In this document: positions 8,909 through 18,514 of the stretch, one piece after another | Position numbering within the stretch: position 1 is the first letter of the stretch | Layout of the letters: the number at the start of each line of letters is the position of its first letter | Assembly: GCA_963615155.1 (NCBI GenBank) | Contig: CAVEGP010000001.1 | Location: 17,437-81,436 of the forward strand | Direction of reading: 5' to 3' | DNA: 64,000 bases | DNA from: Bacteroides uniformis | Lineage (GTDB): Bacteria; Bacillota; Clostridia; Oscillospirales; Ruminococcaceae | Position numbers and translations under genes: made by a program | Notes under the pieces: model-generated | What the model saw: only the letters and a program-made list of their open reading frames with translations | Database searches by the model: none | What the model was told of the DNA's origin: nothing

Positions 8909-10993
8909 TCAGTCCTTCTTCGGCACGGGCATCTCAAAACCACAGCCCTCTTTCGCGCAATACAGCTTTGAGCCCTTGCGGAAGAGGGTCGAGCCGCACT
9001 TCTCGCACTTGGTCGCCACCGGAGTGTCCCAGATCATGAAATCACAATCTGGATACCGCTCACAGCCATAGTAAATGCGCCCCTTCGCGCTTTTGCGCTC
9101 AAGCATACGCCCCTTGCCGCACTTGGGGCAGATGCCGCCGGTGTCCTTGACCAGACGCTTCGTGCCATGGCACTCCGGAAAGCCCGAGCAGGCGAGGAAC
9201 TTGCCATATTTTCCGACTTTGATGACCATCGGACGACCGCAGAGGTCGCAGATCTCGCTGGACGGCTCATCCGGTACCTTGACCTTCTTGCCCTCCATGT
9301 TCTTCTCTGCCTGCTCCAGACTGGCGGCAAAGCCCTTGTAGAAGTCATCGACTGTCTTATGCCAGTCCGCTTTTCCACTTTCGACCTTATCGAGGTTCTT
9401 TTCCATCTCAGCGGAGAAATCCACATCAACGATGTGTGGGAACTGTTCCAGCATCAGACCATCCACAGCACGACCCAGCAGAGTGGGCTTCAACTTCTTC
9501 TGTTCCCGCTCGACGTAGCCACGGTCAATGATAGTCGTAATGATAGGCGCATAGGTGGACGGACGACCAATGCCGTTCTCCTCCAGTGCCTTGATCAGCG
9601 TCGCTTCGGTGTAGCGTGCAGGAGGCTGCGTGAACTTCTGCTCGCTCTTCAGCTCCTTCAGCTTGAGCACCTGACCCTGCTCCAGCGGCGGCAGACTGGT
9701 CTCTTTCTTTTCCTTTTCGTCCGTGGCTTCCTCGTACAGAGCGGTAAAGCCGTCGAAGGTCACGGTATAGCCGCTGGACTTGAAGCGGTAATCACCCGCA
9801 TAGATTGTAACGGACACCGTATCCTGCTGGCAGTCCGCCATCTGGCTCGCCATGAAACGGCTCCAGATCATTCGGTAGAGCTTGGCGGTATCGCCGCTGA
9901 TGCTCTTATCAACCTCATCTGGCGTCAGGGACGGGACAGAAGGACGGATCGCTTCATGCGCGTCCTGCGCGGCGGTCGCGCTTCTGGTCTTCCAGACGCG
10001 CTTATAAGGACAGATATACTGCTTGCCATAAGCACCCGCGATATACTCCTTTGCGGCAGCGACCGCCTCATCGGAAATCCGGAGGCTATCAGTACGCATG
10101 TAGGTGATCAGACCCATCATGCCGTGTCCAGCGATATCTACACCTTCATACAGGGTCTGCGCCGCACGCATGGTACGGGTGGCTGTGAAGCCGAGACGGC
10201 GGGAAGCCTCCTGCTGCAGGGTACTGGTGATGAATGCCGGCGTAGGCTGCTTGGCGCGCTTGCCCTTTTTCAGCTCGCCAACGGTATAGTCAACACCCTC
10301 CAGACCCTTTTCGATGGCACGGGCTTCTTCCTCGTTCTTGGGCAGAAGCTTCTTGCCATCCGCATCGGCAGCCAGACGTGCTGTAAAGCTCTTATGTCCT
10401 GCGCCGAGGGTTGCGTCAATGTTCCAGTACTCTTCCGGCTTGAAGTTCTCGATCTCCTTTTCCCGGTCGTCGATAAGTCGGACCGCCACACTCTGGACAC
10501 GACCAGCCGACAGACCACGGCGAACCTTTCGCCAGAGGAACGGGCTGAGCTTATATCCCACCAGACGATCCAGGATCCGCCGTGCCTGCTGTGCGTTGAA
10601 CAGATCCTCGTCGATGGCACGGGGGTGAGCCATTCCCTCCTGCACGCCCTTCTTGGTGATCTCGTCAAAGGTCACACGGTTTGGCTCGTGCGGGTCAAGC
10701 CCAAGGATATTCGCCAGATGCCAGCTGATGGCTTCTCCCTCACGGTCCGGGTCGGTCGCAAGGAGAATGCCGTCCGAGTGCTTTGCCTTGCTTTTCAGCT
10801 CTTTGATAAGCTTTTCCTTGCCCTTGATGCTGATATACTGCGGCGCGTAATCATGCTCGACATCAATTCCCAGCTGAGATGCAGGCAGGTCACGGATGTG
10901 CCCCATGCTGGCTGTCACCTCGTAGTCCTTGCCCAGATATTTTCCAATGGTTTTCGCCTTTGCGGGCGACTCCACGATCACCAGTTTCGACAT
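8909..10993 (-). CDS. topA: DNA topoisomerase I
   Basis: 694-aa ORF; Toprim start LVIVESPAKAKTI, ITYMRTDS active-site Tyr region, C-terminal Zn-ribbon Cys repeats. Confidence 0.97.
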   Translation of the reverse strand: MSKLVIVESPAKAKTIGKYLGKDYEVTASMGHIRDLPASQLGIDVEHDYAPQYISIKGKEKLIKELKSKAKHSDGILLATDPDREGEAISWHLANILGLDPHEPNRVTFDEITKKGVQEGMAHPRAIDEDLFNAQQARRILDRLVGYKLSPFLWRKVRRGLSAGRVQSVAVRLIDDREKEIENFKPEEYWNIDATLGAGHKSFTARLAADADGKKLLPKNEEEARAIEKGLEGVDYTVGELKKGKRAKQPTPAFITSTLQQEASRRLGFTATRTMRAAQTLYEGVDIAGHGMMGLITYMRTDSLRISDEAVAAAKEYIAGAYGKQYICPYKRVWKTRSATAAQDAHEAIRPSVPSLTPDEVDKSISGDTAKLYRMIWSRFMASQMADCQQDTVSVTIYAGDYRFKSSGYTVTFDGFTALYEEATDEKEKKETSLPPLEQGQVLKLKELKSEQKFTQPPARYTEATLIKALEENGIGRPSTYAPIITTIIDRGYVEREQKKLKPTLLGRAVDGLMLEQFPHIVDVDFSAEMEKNLDKVESGKADWHKTVDDFYKGFAASLEQAEKNMEGKKVKVPDEPSSEICDLCGRPMVIKVGKYGKFLACSGFPECHGTKRLVKDTGGICPKCGKGRMLERKSAKGRIYYGCERYPDCDFMIWDTPVATKCEKCGSTLFRKGSKLYCAKEGCGFEMPVPKKD

Positions 10994-11022
10994 AGTTATC
11001 TCCCTTTTATATAGAAAAGTTC

Positions 11023-11156
11023 AACCTCTCAGTCTCGCATCCGCTCGACAGCTCCCCTACCGAGGGGAGCCTTTGGCAAATAGAGACAGCTTGAATCGAC
11101 TACCAATGCCTCTCCTATCAGGAGAGGTGGCAATGCGAAGCATTGACGGAGAGGTT
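11023..11156. repeat. Composite two-unit intergenic repeat (opposite orientation to 261-375, longer spacer)
   Basis: AACCTCTCAGTCTCGCATCCGCTCGACAGCTCCCC...GGGGAGCCTTTGGCAAA - spacer - GCCTCTCCTATCAGGAGAGGTGGCAATGCGAAGCATTGACGGAGAGGTT. Confidence 0.9.
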
Positions 11157-11187
11157 CACCTTGAAATCTCTCTTCATCTTGCGCAGC

Positions 11188-12336
11188 TCAGCGCAGAATA
11201 TACCGTTTGCCGGGCTGACAGATCACCCTGCCTGAAAGCTCGAGTTTCATCAATACGCCCAGCAATACCGACGTCGGCAGACCGCTCAGCGCGCTCAGCT
11301 CCTCAATGCCGCGCGGCTGCGCGCTGATGCAGGCGAGAGCTTTGCGCTCCCTGTCATCCATCGGCGCAGGCTCTTTGTGCGGAGCAGGCGTTGCCGCCGG
11401 ATTCCGGTGCAGACCCAGCGTTTCAAACAGCTCCTCCGCGGAACAGACCGCACGCGCCCGACTCTCCCGAAGCAGTCTGTTCGTTCCGTTGGAATTCGGC
11501 GAAAAGATACTGCCCGGCACAGCGAACACCGGCTTTCCATAGCGTTCGGCGTGGGCGACGGTTGACATTGTGCCGCTCTTTTCCTGCGCTTCCACCACGA
11601 TCAATACCGTCGAAAGTGCTGCGATCAAACGGTTCCGCTGCAAAAAATTCATTCGTCCAACGCTTGCCGCATCCGGCGGATATTCGCTGATGACGCATCC
11701 GTTTTGCTCCATCCTCCAGCGAAGCTCTCTGTTTGACGCAGGGTAAGTCCGATCGATGGGAACCCCCATCACACCGATGGTCGGGCGGTTCGCTTTCACT
11801 GCGGCACGATGTCCCGCACTGTCCAGCCCATCCGCCAGTCCGCTGACAATGATCGCGCCGTTTTCCGCCAGCTCTCCGCCCAGTGTTGCCGCCGCCTGCA
11901 GCCCGTACTCGGTCGGCTTGCGGCTTCCGACCATCCCGACCGTGCCCGGCTCATTCAGCCAACGAGGATCGCCTGTGCAGTAAAGCACCAGCGGCATATC
12001 CGGAATGCGGGAAAGTGCCAGCGGATAGTTAGGGTCATCGTAGGTCAGAATGGAGATGCCCTTGGCTTCACAACTCCGCACCCGCGCGCGGTAACGCTCC
12101 GGCGTATTGTTGAGCAGATTTGCCCGCTGCGCAGCCGAAGCACCTGCCGTCTGCCGAAACACGTCGGTGTCCCGGGCTTCCCACGCTTCCTGCGCACCGC
12201 CGAAGGTATCCAGCACACGCCCTGCATGAGAATTTGCCGCACCCAATGTATCCGCCAGCCAGAGCCAGCACAGCAGCGGGTCGGGCGCAGAGCCGGACGG
12301 GAACAGGCTGGTCTGACCCAGCCCGGGGCTGCTCAC
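11188..12336 (-). CDS. dprA: DNA processing protein DprA (Smf)
   Basis: 382-aa ORF; GSRKPT.YG......L...LA..G..IVSGLA.G.D...H DprA Rossmann motif; upstream of topA. Confidence 0.9.
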   Translation of the reverse strand: MSSPGLGQTSLFPSGSAPDPLLCWLWLADTLGAANSHAGRVLDTFGGAQEAWEARDTDVFRQTAGASAAQRANLLNNTPERYRARVRSCEAKGISILTYDDPNYPLALSRIPDMPLVLYCTGDPRWLNEPGTVGMVGSRKPTEYGLQAAATLGGELAENGAIIVSGLADGLDSAGHRAAVKANRPTIGVMGVPIDRTYPASNRELRWRMEQNGCVISEYPPDAASVGRMNFLQRNRLIAALSTVLIVVEAQEKSGTMSTVAHAERYGKPVFAVPGSIFSPNSNGTNRLLRESRARAVCSAEELFETLGLHRNPAATPAPHKEPAPMDDRERKALACISAQPRGIEELSALSGLPTSVLLGVLMKLELSGRVICQPGKRYILR

Positions 12337-13112
12337 AGGCTTTCCTCCCGAAAATGCCAGAGCAGGATGCTGCCCGCAATGCCTGCGTTCAGGCTCTCCA
12401 CACGGTCGGTCATCGGGATGCGGACCGCGGCGTCGCAGGCTTCGATCGTCCGGTCGGTCAAGCCCTGTCCCTCGCTGCCGATGACAATGCAGACGCCGTC
12501 CGGATAAGCCGATGAGACCGAACTCAGCGGCCTGGAATGATACAATGCCGCCGCAAGGCAGGTGATTTTTTTCGCCTGCATCGCTTTTATCGTCTCCGGC
12601 ATCGCGCCCGTCTCAATGACCGGAATCCGGACAACCGCCCCCATCGAAGCACGGAGGGTCTTGGGCGCAAAGGGCGATGCACAGCCATCGCTGAGGATAA
12701 CAGCGTCAAAGCCGAACGCCGCAGCTGAACGCAGGAGCGTGCCGACATTGCCGGGATCCTGTACCCGTTCAAGGGCAAGGTAGCGTCCACCTGCCGTCAC
12801 CTCCTCAAGGGTGTGCACCGGAGTTCTGAACACCCCGAACACCCCCTGATGCGTGCCGACGTCAGCCAGCTTGTCCGCCACATGCTCCTCGACGAGGCAG
12901 TGCTCGCCGGAAAGCTCCGCCAGCTCCGGACATTTTTCCAATGCCTCCTCGGTGCAAAACAGTGTCTCCAACTTCGCGCCCCGCGCCAGCTCGGGGCAGA
13001 GCTTCCGTCCCTCCGCCAGAAAGCGACCCTCGCTGCGGCGAAACGCCGCACTGGACAACAAACGGCAGGCATATTTGATCTTCGCGTTTTCGCGGCTGGT
13101 TATCTTCTCCAT
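12333..13112 (-). CDS. TrmH/SpoU-family RNA 2'-O-methyltransferase
   Basis: ORF track 12333..13247; I prefer the internal ATG at 13112 (MEKITSRENAKIK...). C-terminal SpoU motifs DPGNVGTLLRSA, IGSEGQGL, ESLNAGIAGSI; 4-nt overlap with dprA. Confidence 0.85.
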   Translation of the reverse strand: MEKITSRENAKIKYACRLLSSAAFRRSEGRFLAEGRKLCPELARGAKLETLFCTEEALEKCPELAELSGEHCLVEEHVADKLADVGTHQGVFGVFRTPVHTLEEVTAGGRYLALERVQDPGNVGTLLRSAAAFGFDAVILSDGCASPFAPKTLRASMGAVVRIPVIETGAMPETIKAMQAKKITCLAAALYHSRPLSSVSSAYPDGVCIVIGSEGQGLTDRTIEACDAAVRIPMTDRVESLNAGIAGSILLWHFREESL

Positions 13113-13259
13113 AAAAACCCCAAAAAAGGCCGCGTCTGCCACACAAGATTTCTTCGCGGCAGGGCGCGGCCCTGAATTTAATTTTGCCCGCCGCGAAAAG
13201 CTCCGGATACAAAATGGACGCCCGCGTATTATGCGCGAGCGTCTCACTTTTCAATCCAA

Positions 13260-13610
13260 TCAGGCGTTCTTCACGGTCTCGACCAGAGCTGCAAAGCTCT
13301 TCGGATCGTTGATAGCCATCTCGCTGAGCATCTTGCGGTTCAGCTCAATGCCAGCCTTCTTCAGACCAGCCATAAAGGTGGAGTAGTTCATGCCCAGAGG
13401 ACGAACCGCATTGTTGATGCGGCAGATCCACAGGTTGCGGAACTGACGCTTCTTCATGCGGCGACCGGCCAGAGCGTAGTTGCCGCTCTTCATGACCTGC
13501 TGCTTCGCCATCTTAAAGTGCTTGCTCTTGCAGCCGTAGAAGCCCTTCGCAAGCTTCAGCATCTTCTTGCGACGTTTGTGAGTCATCGTTGCGCCTTTGA
13601 TACGTGCCAT
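13260..13610 (-). CDS. rplT: 50S ribosomal protein L20
   Basis: 116-aa [19 protein letters not shown]...; typical L20. Confidence 0.97.
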   Translation of the reverse strand: MARIKGATMTHKRRKKMLKLAKGFYGCKSKHFKMAKQQVMKSGNYALAGRRMKKRQFRNLWICRINNAVRPLGMNYSTFMAGLKKAGIELNRKMLSEMAINDPKSFAALVETVKNA

Positions 13611-13670
13611 TGTTTTCTATCTCCTTTAAGTCTCGGTAAATGTCTTGGATGTCAGAGTGCGGCTCGCTTA

Positions 13671-13874
13671 TCAGGCGTAGGGCAGCATGCTCTTGATGGT
13701 AGCTGCGTTGGTCTTATCAACGTAGCTGGGCTGACGGTAGCCACGGGTCAGCTTGGTGGTCTTCTTGGTCAGGATGTGGCTGCGGAATGCGTGACCGCGC
13801 TTGATCTTGCCGTTCTTGGTCAGCTTAAAGCGTTTCTTTGCGCCGGAATGCGTCTTCAATTTCATCTTAGCCAT
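13671..13874 (-). CDS. rpmI: 50S ribosomal protein L35
   Basis: 67-aa [29 protein letters not shown]...; typical L35. Confidence 0.97.
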   Translation of the reverse strand: MAKMKLKTHSGAKKRFKLTKNGKIKRGHAFRSHILTKKTTKLTRGYRQPSYVDKTNAATIKSMLPYA

Positions 13875-13892
13875 TTGAGTTTCCTCCTAAAA

Positions 13893-14426
13893 TTAGTCCT
13901 TATTGGGTTTCGGGATCAGCAGAATGGACATCGTGCGACCCTCAAGCACCGGTGCTTTATCCATCGTTGCCTGCGGCAGAGCCTCAGCAAAGCGTTTCAG
14001 CACGTCAGCACCCAGAGCACTGTGCGCCATTTCGCGGCCACGGAAACGGATCGAAGCTTTGACCTTGTGACCGGCAGCCAGGAATTTGGCAGTCTGGTTC
14101 ACCTTGGTATTGAAGTCATTGGTGTCAATGTTGAGCGAAAGGCGGGTCTCCTTAACTTCGACCACCTTCTGGTTCTTCTTGGCTTCCTTTGCCTTCTTCT
14201 GCTGCTCGAAACGGTACTTATTGTAGTTCAGCACCTTGCATACAGGCGGTACAGCCTGCGGTGCGATCTTGACCAGATCGAGTCCGGCCTCATCAGCAGC
14301 GCGCATGGCCACCTGAATGCTGACCACGCCCATCTGCTCGCCGTTTGCTCCGATCAGTCGAACCTCACGATCCCGAATCTGACCGTTGATCTCCAGTTCC
14401 TTCGACTTTCCTGCGGTAGCGATAAT
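13893..14426 (-). CDS. infC: Translation initiation factor IF-3, probable ATT start
   Basis: ORF track gives ATG 14471, which has no SD and sits directly on the leader terminator U-tract. In-frame ATT at 14426-14424 lies 6 nt after GGAGGT (14438-14433). The product then begins I-IATAGKSKELEINGQIRDREVRLIG, normal IF-3 N-terminal spacing. Confidence 0.85.
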   Translation of the reverse strand: MIATAGKSKELEINGQIRDREVRLIGANGEQMGVVSIQVAMRAADEAGLDLVKIAPQAVPPVCKVLNYNKYRFEQQKKAKEAKKNQKVVEVKETRLSLNIDTNDFNTKVNQTAKFLAAGHKVKASIRFRGREMAHSALGADVLKRFAEALPQATMDKAPVLEGRTMSILLIPKPNKD

Positions 14427-14657
14427 GAATGCACCTCCAAACAATGATCCATAATGTTGCTGTTTTGGCATAGAAAACGCGGCCGCCCATTTTCAGGACA
14501 GCCGCGCAAAATTCACACATATCCGCACTTAGCTCAAAGAGATAACTGCGTTCTGAGTATAGCCCGGAGGAGCTTTACCCTCTCAAGGCGAGCGCGGCAC
14601 AGGCCGTAGCTGCTTTCTTTACTCGGTTATTTTACCACGTCCCGAAGGATGTGTCAA
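14427..14657 (-). promoter_or_regulatory. infC operon promoter plus leader with intrinsic terminator (L20-leader-type attenuator)
   Basis: TTGACA (14657-14652) - 17 nt - TAAAAT (14634-14629); about 195-nt leader ending in hairpin CGCGGCTGTCC/GGGCGGCCGCG (14507-14478) followed by UUUUC. Confidence 0.55.
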
Positions 14658-14761
14658 GCACTTTTTTCACGAAAAGTCTGATTTTTCAGCAGGCTCGCAC
14701 TCTCCGTCATTGCGGACAGGCCTGAGCGTCTGACGGCAAAACGCAAGCCCTGTTCTCTATC

Positions 14762-17700
14762 TTATGCTTCAATAAGCTTGTTTAATGCAAAAGAGTAGAT
14801 CCCCTTATAGGTGATCTGTTTGGGGGCGAAGCGTTTGTTGATGGCGAGAGCGTACAGCTCAAGCTGGGCGCGGTAGGCATGGATGAAGTCCTCTTCCGTC
14901 TTATGGCGATCAGTCTTGTAATCCAGAAGCTCCAGATGGTCGGGATAGACCAGCACCAGATCCGCAATGCCCTGCACCAGCACCTGCGCGTTCTCCACAA
15001 CGCTGTCCGTTCCCTCGGTCTCAGGTTCTTCCCCCTGCGCCGCCAGCACATCCGCCGCCGGAAGTGCCGTGATGAAGTCCAGCTCCCGCAAGACCCGTTC
15101 GGCGCGGCAGATGCGGGAAAACGCCTCACTCTCGACAAAAAGCCGTATCTTTCCGACGTCCAGCTTTTCGGCGATCTCGGGCGGGGTAAGCTGTGCGTCC
15201 ACCTGACGCTGACGTTCCGTCAGGATCGCCGCGCAGAGGGCGTTCTCTCCGCTCTGCTTCGCCGTTTCCAGTGCCGCAAAGTCGGCGTGCTCGAGGAAAG
15301 CGTGAAGTGCCGTTCCCATCTCGGCGGCGGTCAGACCGTCTTTGGAAAGGAACGCCGGACGTTCCAGCGTCGTCTGCTCCGCCCGATGCACGATGCTCGT
15401 CACGCTGACCTTGGCCGGGACATCTGCCAGCCTTGCCGCCGGATATTGCCAGCGGAAATTTTCCCGCAGCTTTTCCACCAGATCTGGGTCGGCAGCGGCT
15501 TTTTCCAGAGAAAGCTCTTCCTGTTCCGCAGCTTCTCCGTCCACGCCGTCTGTTTCGTCTGGCAGGGTGATCTCGATGACGCTTTTACTGTTCACAAAGG
15601 GAAGCTCAAGATTTTCCGCCAGCCGTCGGAGAAGCTTTCCGTCCGGATGGACGAGCAACGCCGTCCTCAGCCAATCCGCAAAGCTGTTGGCACGCTGGTT
15701 CAACGTTTCTCCCGCTCCTGCCGCAAGAAATGCCGCGGCACGGGCGAAGGGGTTACTCGTCTTGGTGACGCCAAGCGGGATCGTCAGGATCAATTGATCC
15801 TGCGCACGGGTAAGGGCAACATAGAGCAGCCGCATTTGTTCACTCCGCATTTCCTGCGCATGAACATTGGATAACGCCGTATAAGCCGCCGTCTTATATG
15901 CTCCCTCGCCCGTCTCCGGACGAAGGCGCAGACCTGCGCCGTAGTTCCGATGGAGCAGGACCGGCTGGCGGGTGTCCATTGCGTTAAATCGTCGGGCTGT
16001 GTCCGCCACGAACACCACCGGAAACTGCAAGCCCTTGGAGCGGTGGATCGTCATAATGCTGACACAGCCCGGATGCACACCGCCGGACGCTGTATCCTGT
16101 CCGGTCGTTCCAGCCAGTGCCGCTGCGTCAATGGCTCGCACCAAGGCTGAGATGCCGCCGCTTCCGGCACTGGCACAGAAGGCGGCAAAACGGCGGGCAT
16201 CCTCCCTGCGGCGCGTACCATTTTCCATCACGCCCAGCGCGGCAAGATATCCACTCGACGCAAAGATCTCCTCGATCAGTTGTTCCACCGGCACGCTTTG
16301 TGCCATCCGCCTCAGCTCCGTCAGGCGGACATAGAAGTCCTTCACCTTCTCGGTAAATGCATCCTTTTCATCGCTGTTGACGGTCAGTAAAAGCGCTCCG
16401 TACAGGCTCATCTTCCGTTTGGACTTCTTCGCCTGTTCTTCCTGCTGCGCTTCCTCCTGCTTCCGCATTTCTTCCGCCATTCTCGCGCTCTGGGCACGGA
16501 GACGCACCAGATCATCATCGGTAAAGCCGAACATCGGTCCAAGCATCGCCGCCGCAAGATAAATATCCTGAGCCGGATTGTCGATCACCCGCAGCAGCGC
16601 AATGAGCGGTCGGATGTGGGGCGCATCCAGCAGATTTTCCCGCGCATCCGCATAGACCGGAATGCCCGCCTGGGTCAGTGCTTCGGTATAGGCTGGGAAA
16701 TCGCCGCGCGCCGCCAGCAGAATACAGCAGTCCTCGTACCGCACCGGACGAGTCGCACTGCCCTCACGCACCGGCGTCTCGGAGCGCACCATGTTCAGGA
16801 TCTTCCGGGCGATCCACTCTGCGTCCGTCTCAGCCTCATCGTCCGGAAGAAAATGCGCCTCGACACCGCCCATATATTCACCGGGCGCACCACAGACCAA
16901 CCGCTGTCCGTCCCCATAGGCGGTATCGCCAAGCCGTGGCGTCATGAGCTGCTCAAACAGGAAGTTGATGCCCTCGACCACCTGCGGCGCAGAGCGGAAG
17001 TTTGCGTCCAGTGCCAGCAACGCATCTTTGCCGGACGTTCCTTCTTCCGGAAAAGGACGTGCTGTTTCATCAGGCAAAAGCGACCAGCGATCCAGCTTCT
17101 CCCGAAAAATGCTGGGGTCTGCCTGCCGGAAACGATAAATACTCTGTTTCAGATCGCCGACGAGAAACAGATCATCCCCCGACGGCGTTGCCAGGCAGCG
17201 ATACAGTGCGTCCTGCAAGGCGTTAGTGTCCTGATACTCGTCCACCATAACGGCAGCATAATTCTGACGGATCGTCTCACAGAGAGGGGTGGGCGTGCCG
17301 TCGGCATCCCGCAGAAGCTTCAGCGCGAAATGCTCGAAGTCGCTGAATTCCAGCAGCTTCCGTTCCTTCTTTTTCGCCGAGAAGCGGGCATCGAAATCCC
17401 TCACCGCCGCAAACAGAGCACTGAGTCTCGACAGAGCGGTCTTGCGGTCGGCTTCCGCCTCTTCCTCACTGCACGAGATCAGCTCCAAAATTTCCTCAAA
17501 GAGAGATGCGGCTTCATCGGCACGGATCTTGACGGCTGCCTTGTGTTCACCCGTCAACCGCTTTTTCAGATTTTTCAGACCGGGCATCTGCTCCATCCCG
17601 AGAACATAAGGCGTCAGGCAGTCGTAAAGCGGTGTCCACTCGCCCGCCCTTGCCAAGCGTTCCACCTCGCCCAGCAGGGCGGCGGAATCTTCCAAACGTT

Positions 17701-18514
17701 CCAGCGGTTCGGCAAATTTTTCGTTGACGGAAGCCACTGCCTTCGCCTTAGCCGCCGCCGTCTTTTTGCTGTCCTCGGCATCCGCCCTCGCCAGGATGAG
17801 ATCCTCCTTGCAGTCCGCCAGTGCTGCCGTCAGCAGCTCTCGGGCAGCTTTGGCGGAACGAGCAGCCTCGGTCAAAAGCAGGTCATGCCAGCAGGTATTC
17901 ACAAAACCGTTTTCCGCTTCCCACGGTGCCAGCCACTCGTCCAGCTTTTTGTCATAATCCGGGAGGGCACGGAGGAAATCGTAGACCTGCAAAATCGTCT
18001 CTCCGGCGGCACGGTCGGTACGCCCTTTGCCGTACAGATCCGCAAAAGCGCAGAAGTCCGAGTCACGATACGCATTTTCCAGTGTCTCGGTCAATGCCGC
18101 ACTCCGCAGGATCTCCACGCTTCCGGGGTCGGCTGGTGAAAAATCCGGCGGGATGTCCAACGCCTGAAAATGCTTCCGGAGCAGGTCCAGACAGAACGCG
18201 TCAATCGTACAGATGGGCGCACGCTGCAGCAGCATCCTCTGGCGACGGAGCGCAGTGTTGAATGGTTCCTGCTGGCTTCGCCGCAGAAGTGCCTGTCCAA
18301 TACGGGCACGAAGCTCCGCCGCCGCCGCATTCGTGAAGGTCACGATCAGCAGATGGTCAGCGTCCACCGGATGCTCCGGATCGGTGATGAGCCGGACTGC
18401 CCTCTCGGTCAGAACGGCGGTCTTGCCGCTTCCGGCCGCCGCGCTCACCAGCAGTGCGCCGCCACGGTCGTCGATGGCGGCACACTGGGCTTTTGTCCAT
18501 TTGGGTTCGCTCAC
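14762..18514 (-). CDS. addA: ATP-dependent helicase/nuclease subunit A (AddA)
   Basis: 1250-aa ORF; UvrD-type helicase motifs (AAAGSGKT, VDEYQDTN) plus C-terminal RecB-type nuclease (GIADLV...LLDYKTD). Confidence 0.93.
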   Translation of the reverse strand: MSEPKWTKAQCAAIDDRGGALLVSAAAGSGKTAVLTERAVRLITDPEHPVDADHLLIVTFTNAAAAELRARIGQALLRRSQQEPFNTALRRQRMLLQRAPICTIDAFCLDLLRKHFQALDIPPDFSPADPGSVEILRSAALTETLENAYRDSDFCAFADLYGKGRTDRAAGETILQVYDFLRALPDYDKKLDEWLAPWEAENGFVNTCWHDLLLTEAARSAKAARELLTAALADCKEDLILARADAEDSKKTAAAKAKAVASVNEKFAEPLERLEDSAALLGEVERLARAGEWTPLYDCLTPYVLGMEQMPGLKNLKKRLTGEHKAAVKIRADEAASLFEEILELISCSEEEAEADRKTALSRLSALFAAVRDFDARFSAKKKERKLLEFSDFEHFALKLLRDADGTPTPLCETIRQNYAAVMVDEYQDTNALQDALYRCLATPSGDDLFLVGDLKQSIYRFRQADPSIFREKLDRWSLLPDETARPFPEEGTSGKDALLALDANFRSAPQVVEGINFLFEQLMTPRLGDTAYGDGQRLVCGAPGEYMGGVEAHFLPDDEAETDAEWIARKILNMVRSETPVREGSATRPVRYEDCCILLAARGDFPAYTEALTQAGIPVYADARENLLDAPHIRPLIALLRVIDNPAQDIYLAAAMLGPMFGFTDDDLVRLRAQSARMAEEMRKQEEAQQEEQAKKSKRKMSLYGALLLTVNSDEKDAFTEKVKDFYVRLTELRRMAQSVPVEQLIEEIFASSGYLAALGVMENGTRRREDARRFAAFCASAGSGGISALVRAIDAAALAGTTGQDTASGGVHPGCVSIMTIHRSKGLQFPVVFVADTARRFNAMDTRQPVLLHRNYGAGLRLRPETGEGAYKTAAYTALSNVHAQEMRSEQMRLLYVALTRAQDQLILTIPLGVTKTSNPFARAAAFLAAGAGETLNQRANSFADWLRTALLVHPDGKLLRRLAENLELPFVNSKSVIEITLPDETDGVDGEAAEQEELSLEKAAADPDLVEKLRENFRWQYPAARLADVPAKVSVTSIVHRAEQTTLERPAFLSKDGLTAAEMGTALHAFLEHADFAALETAKQSGENALCAAILTERQRQVDAQLTPPEIAEKLDVGKIRLFVESEAFSRICRAERVLRELDFITALPAADVLAAQGEEPETEGTDSVVENAQVLVQGIADLVLVYPDHLELLDYKTDRHKTEEDFIHAYRAQLELYALAINKRFAPKQITYKGIYSFALNKLIEA

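Noticed and set aside
14469-14471. ATG start of infC as given by the ORF track
   Set aside because: It has no SD and sits immediately after the leader terminator U-tract. The downstream ATT with GGAGGT is far more plausible.
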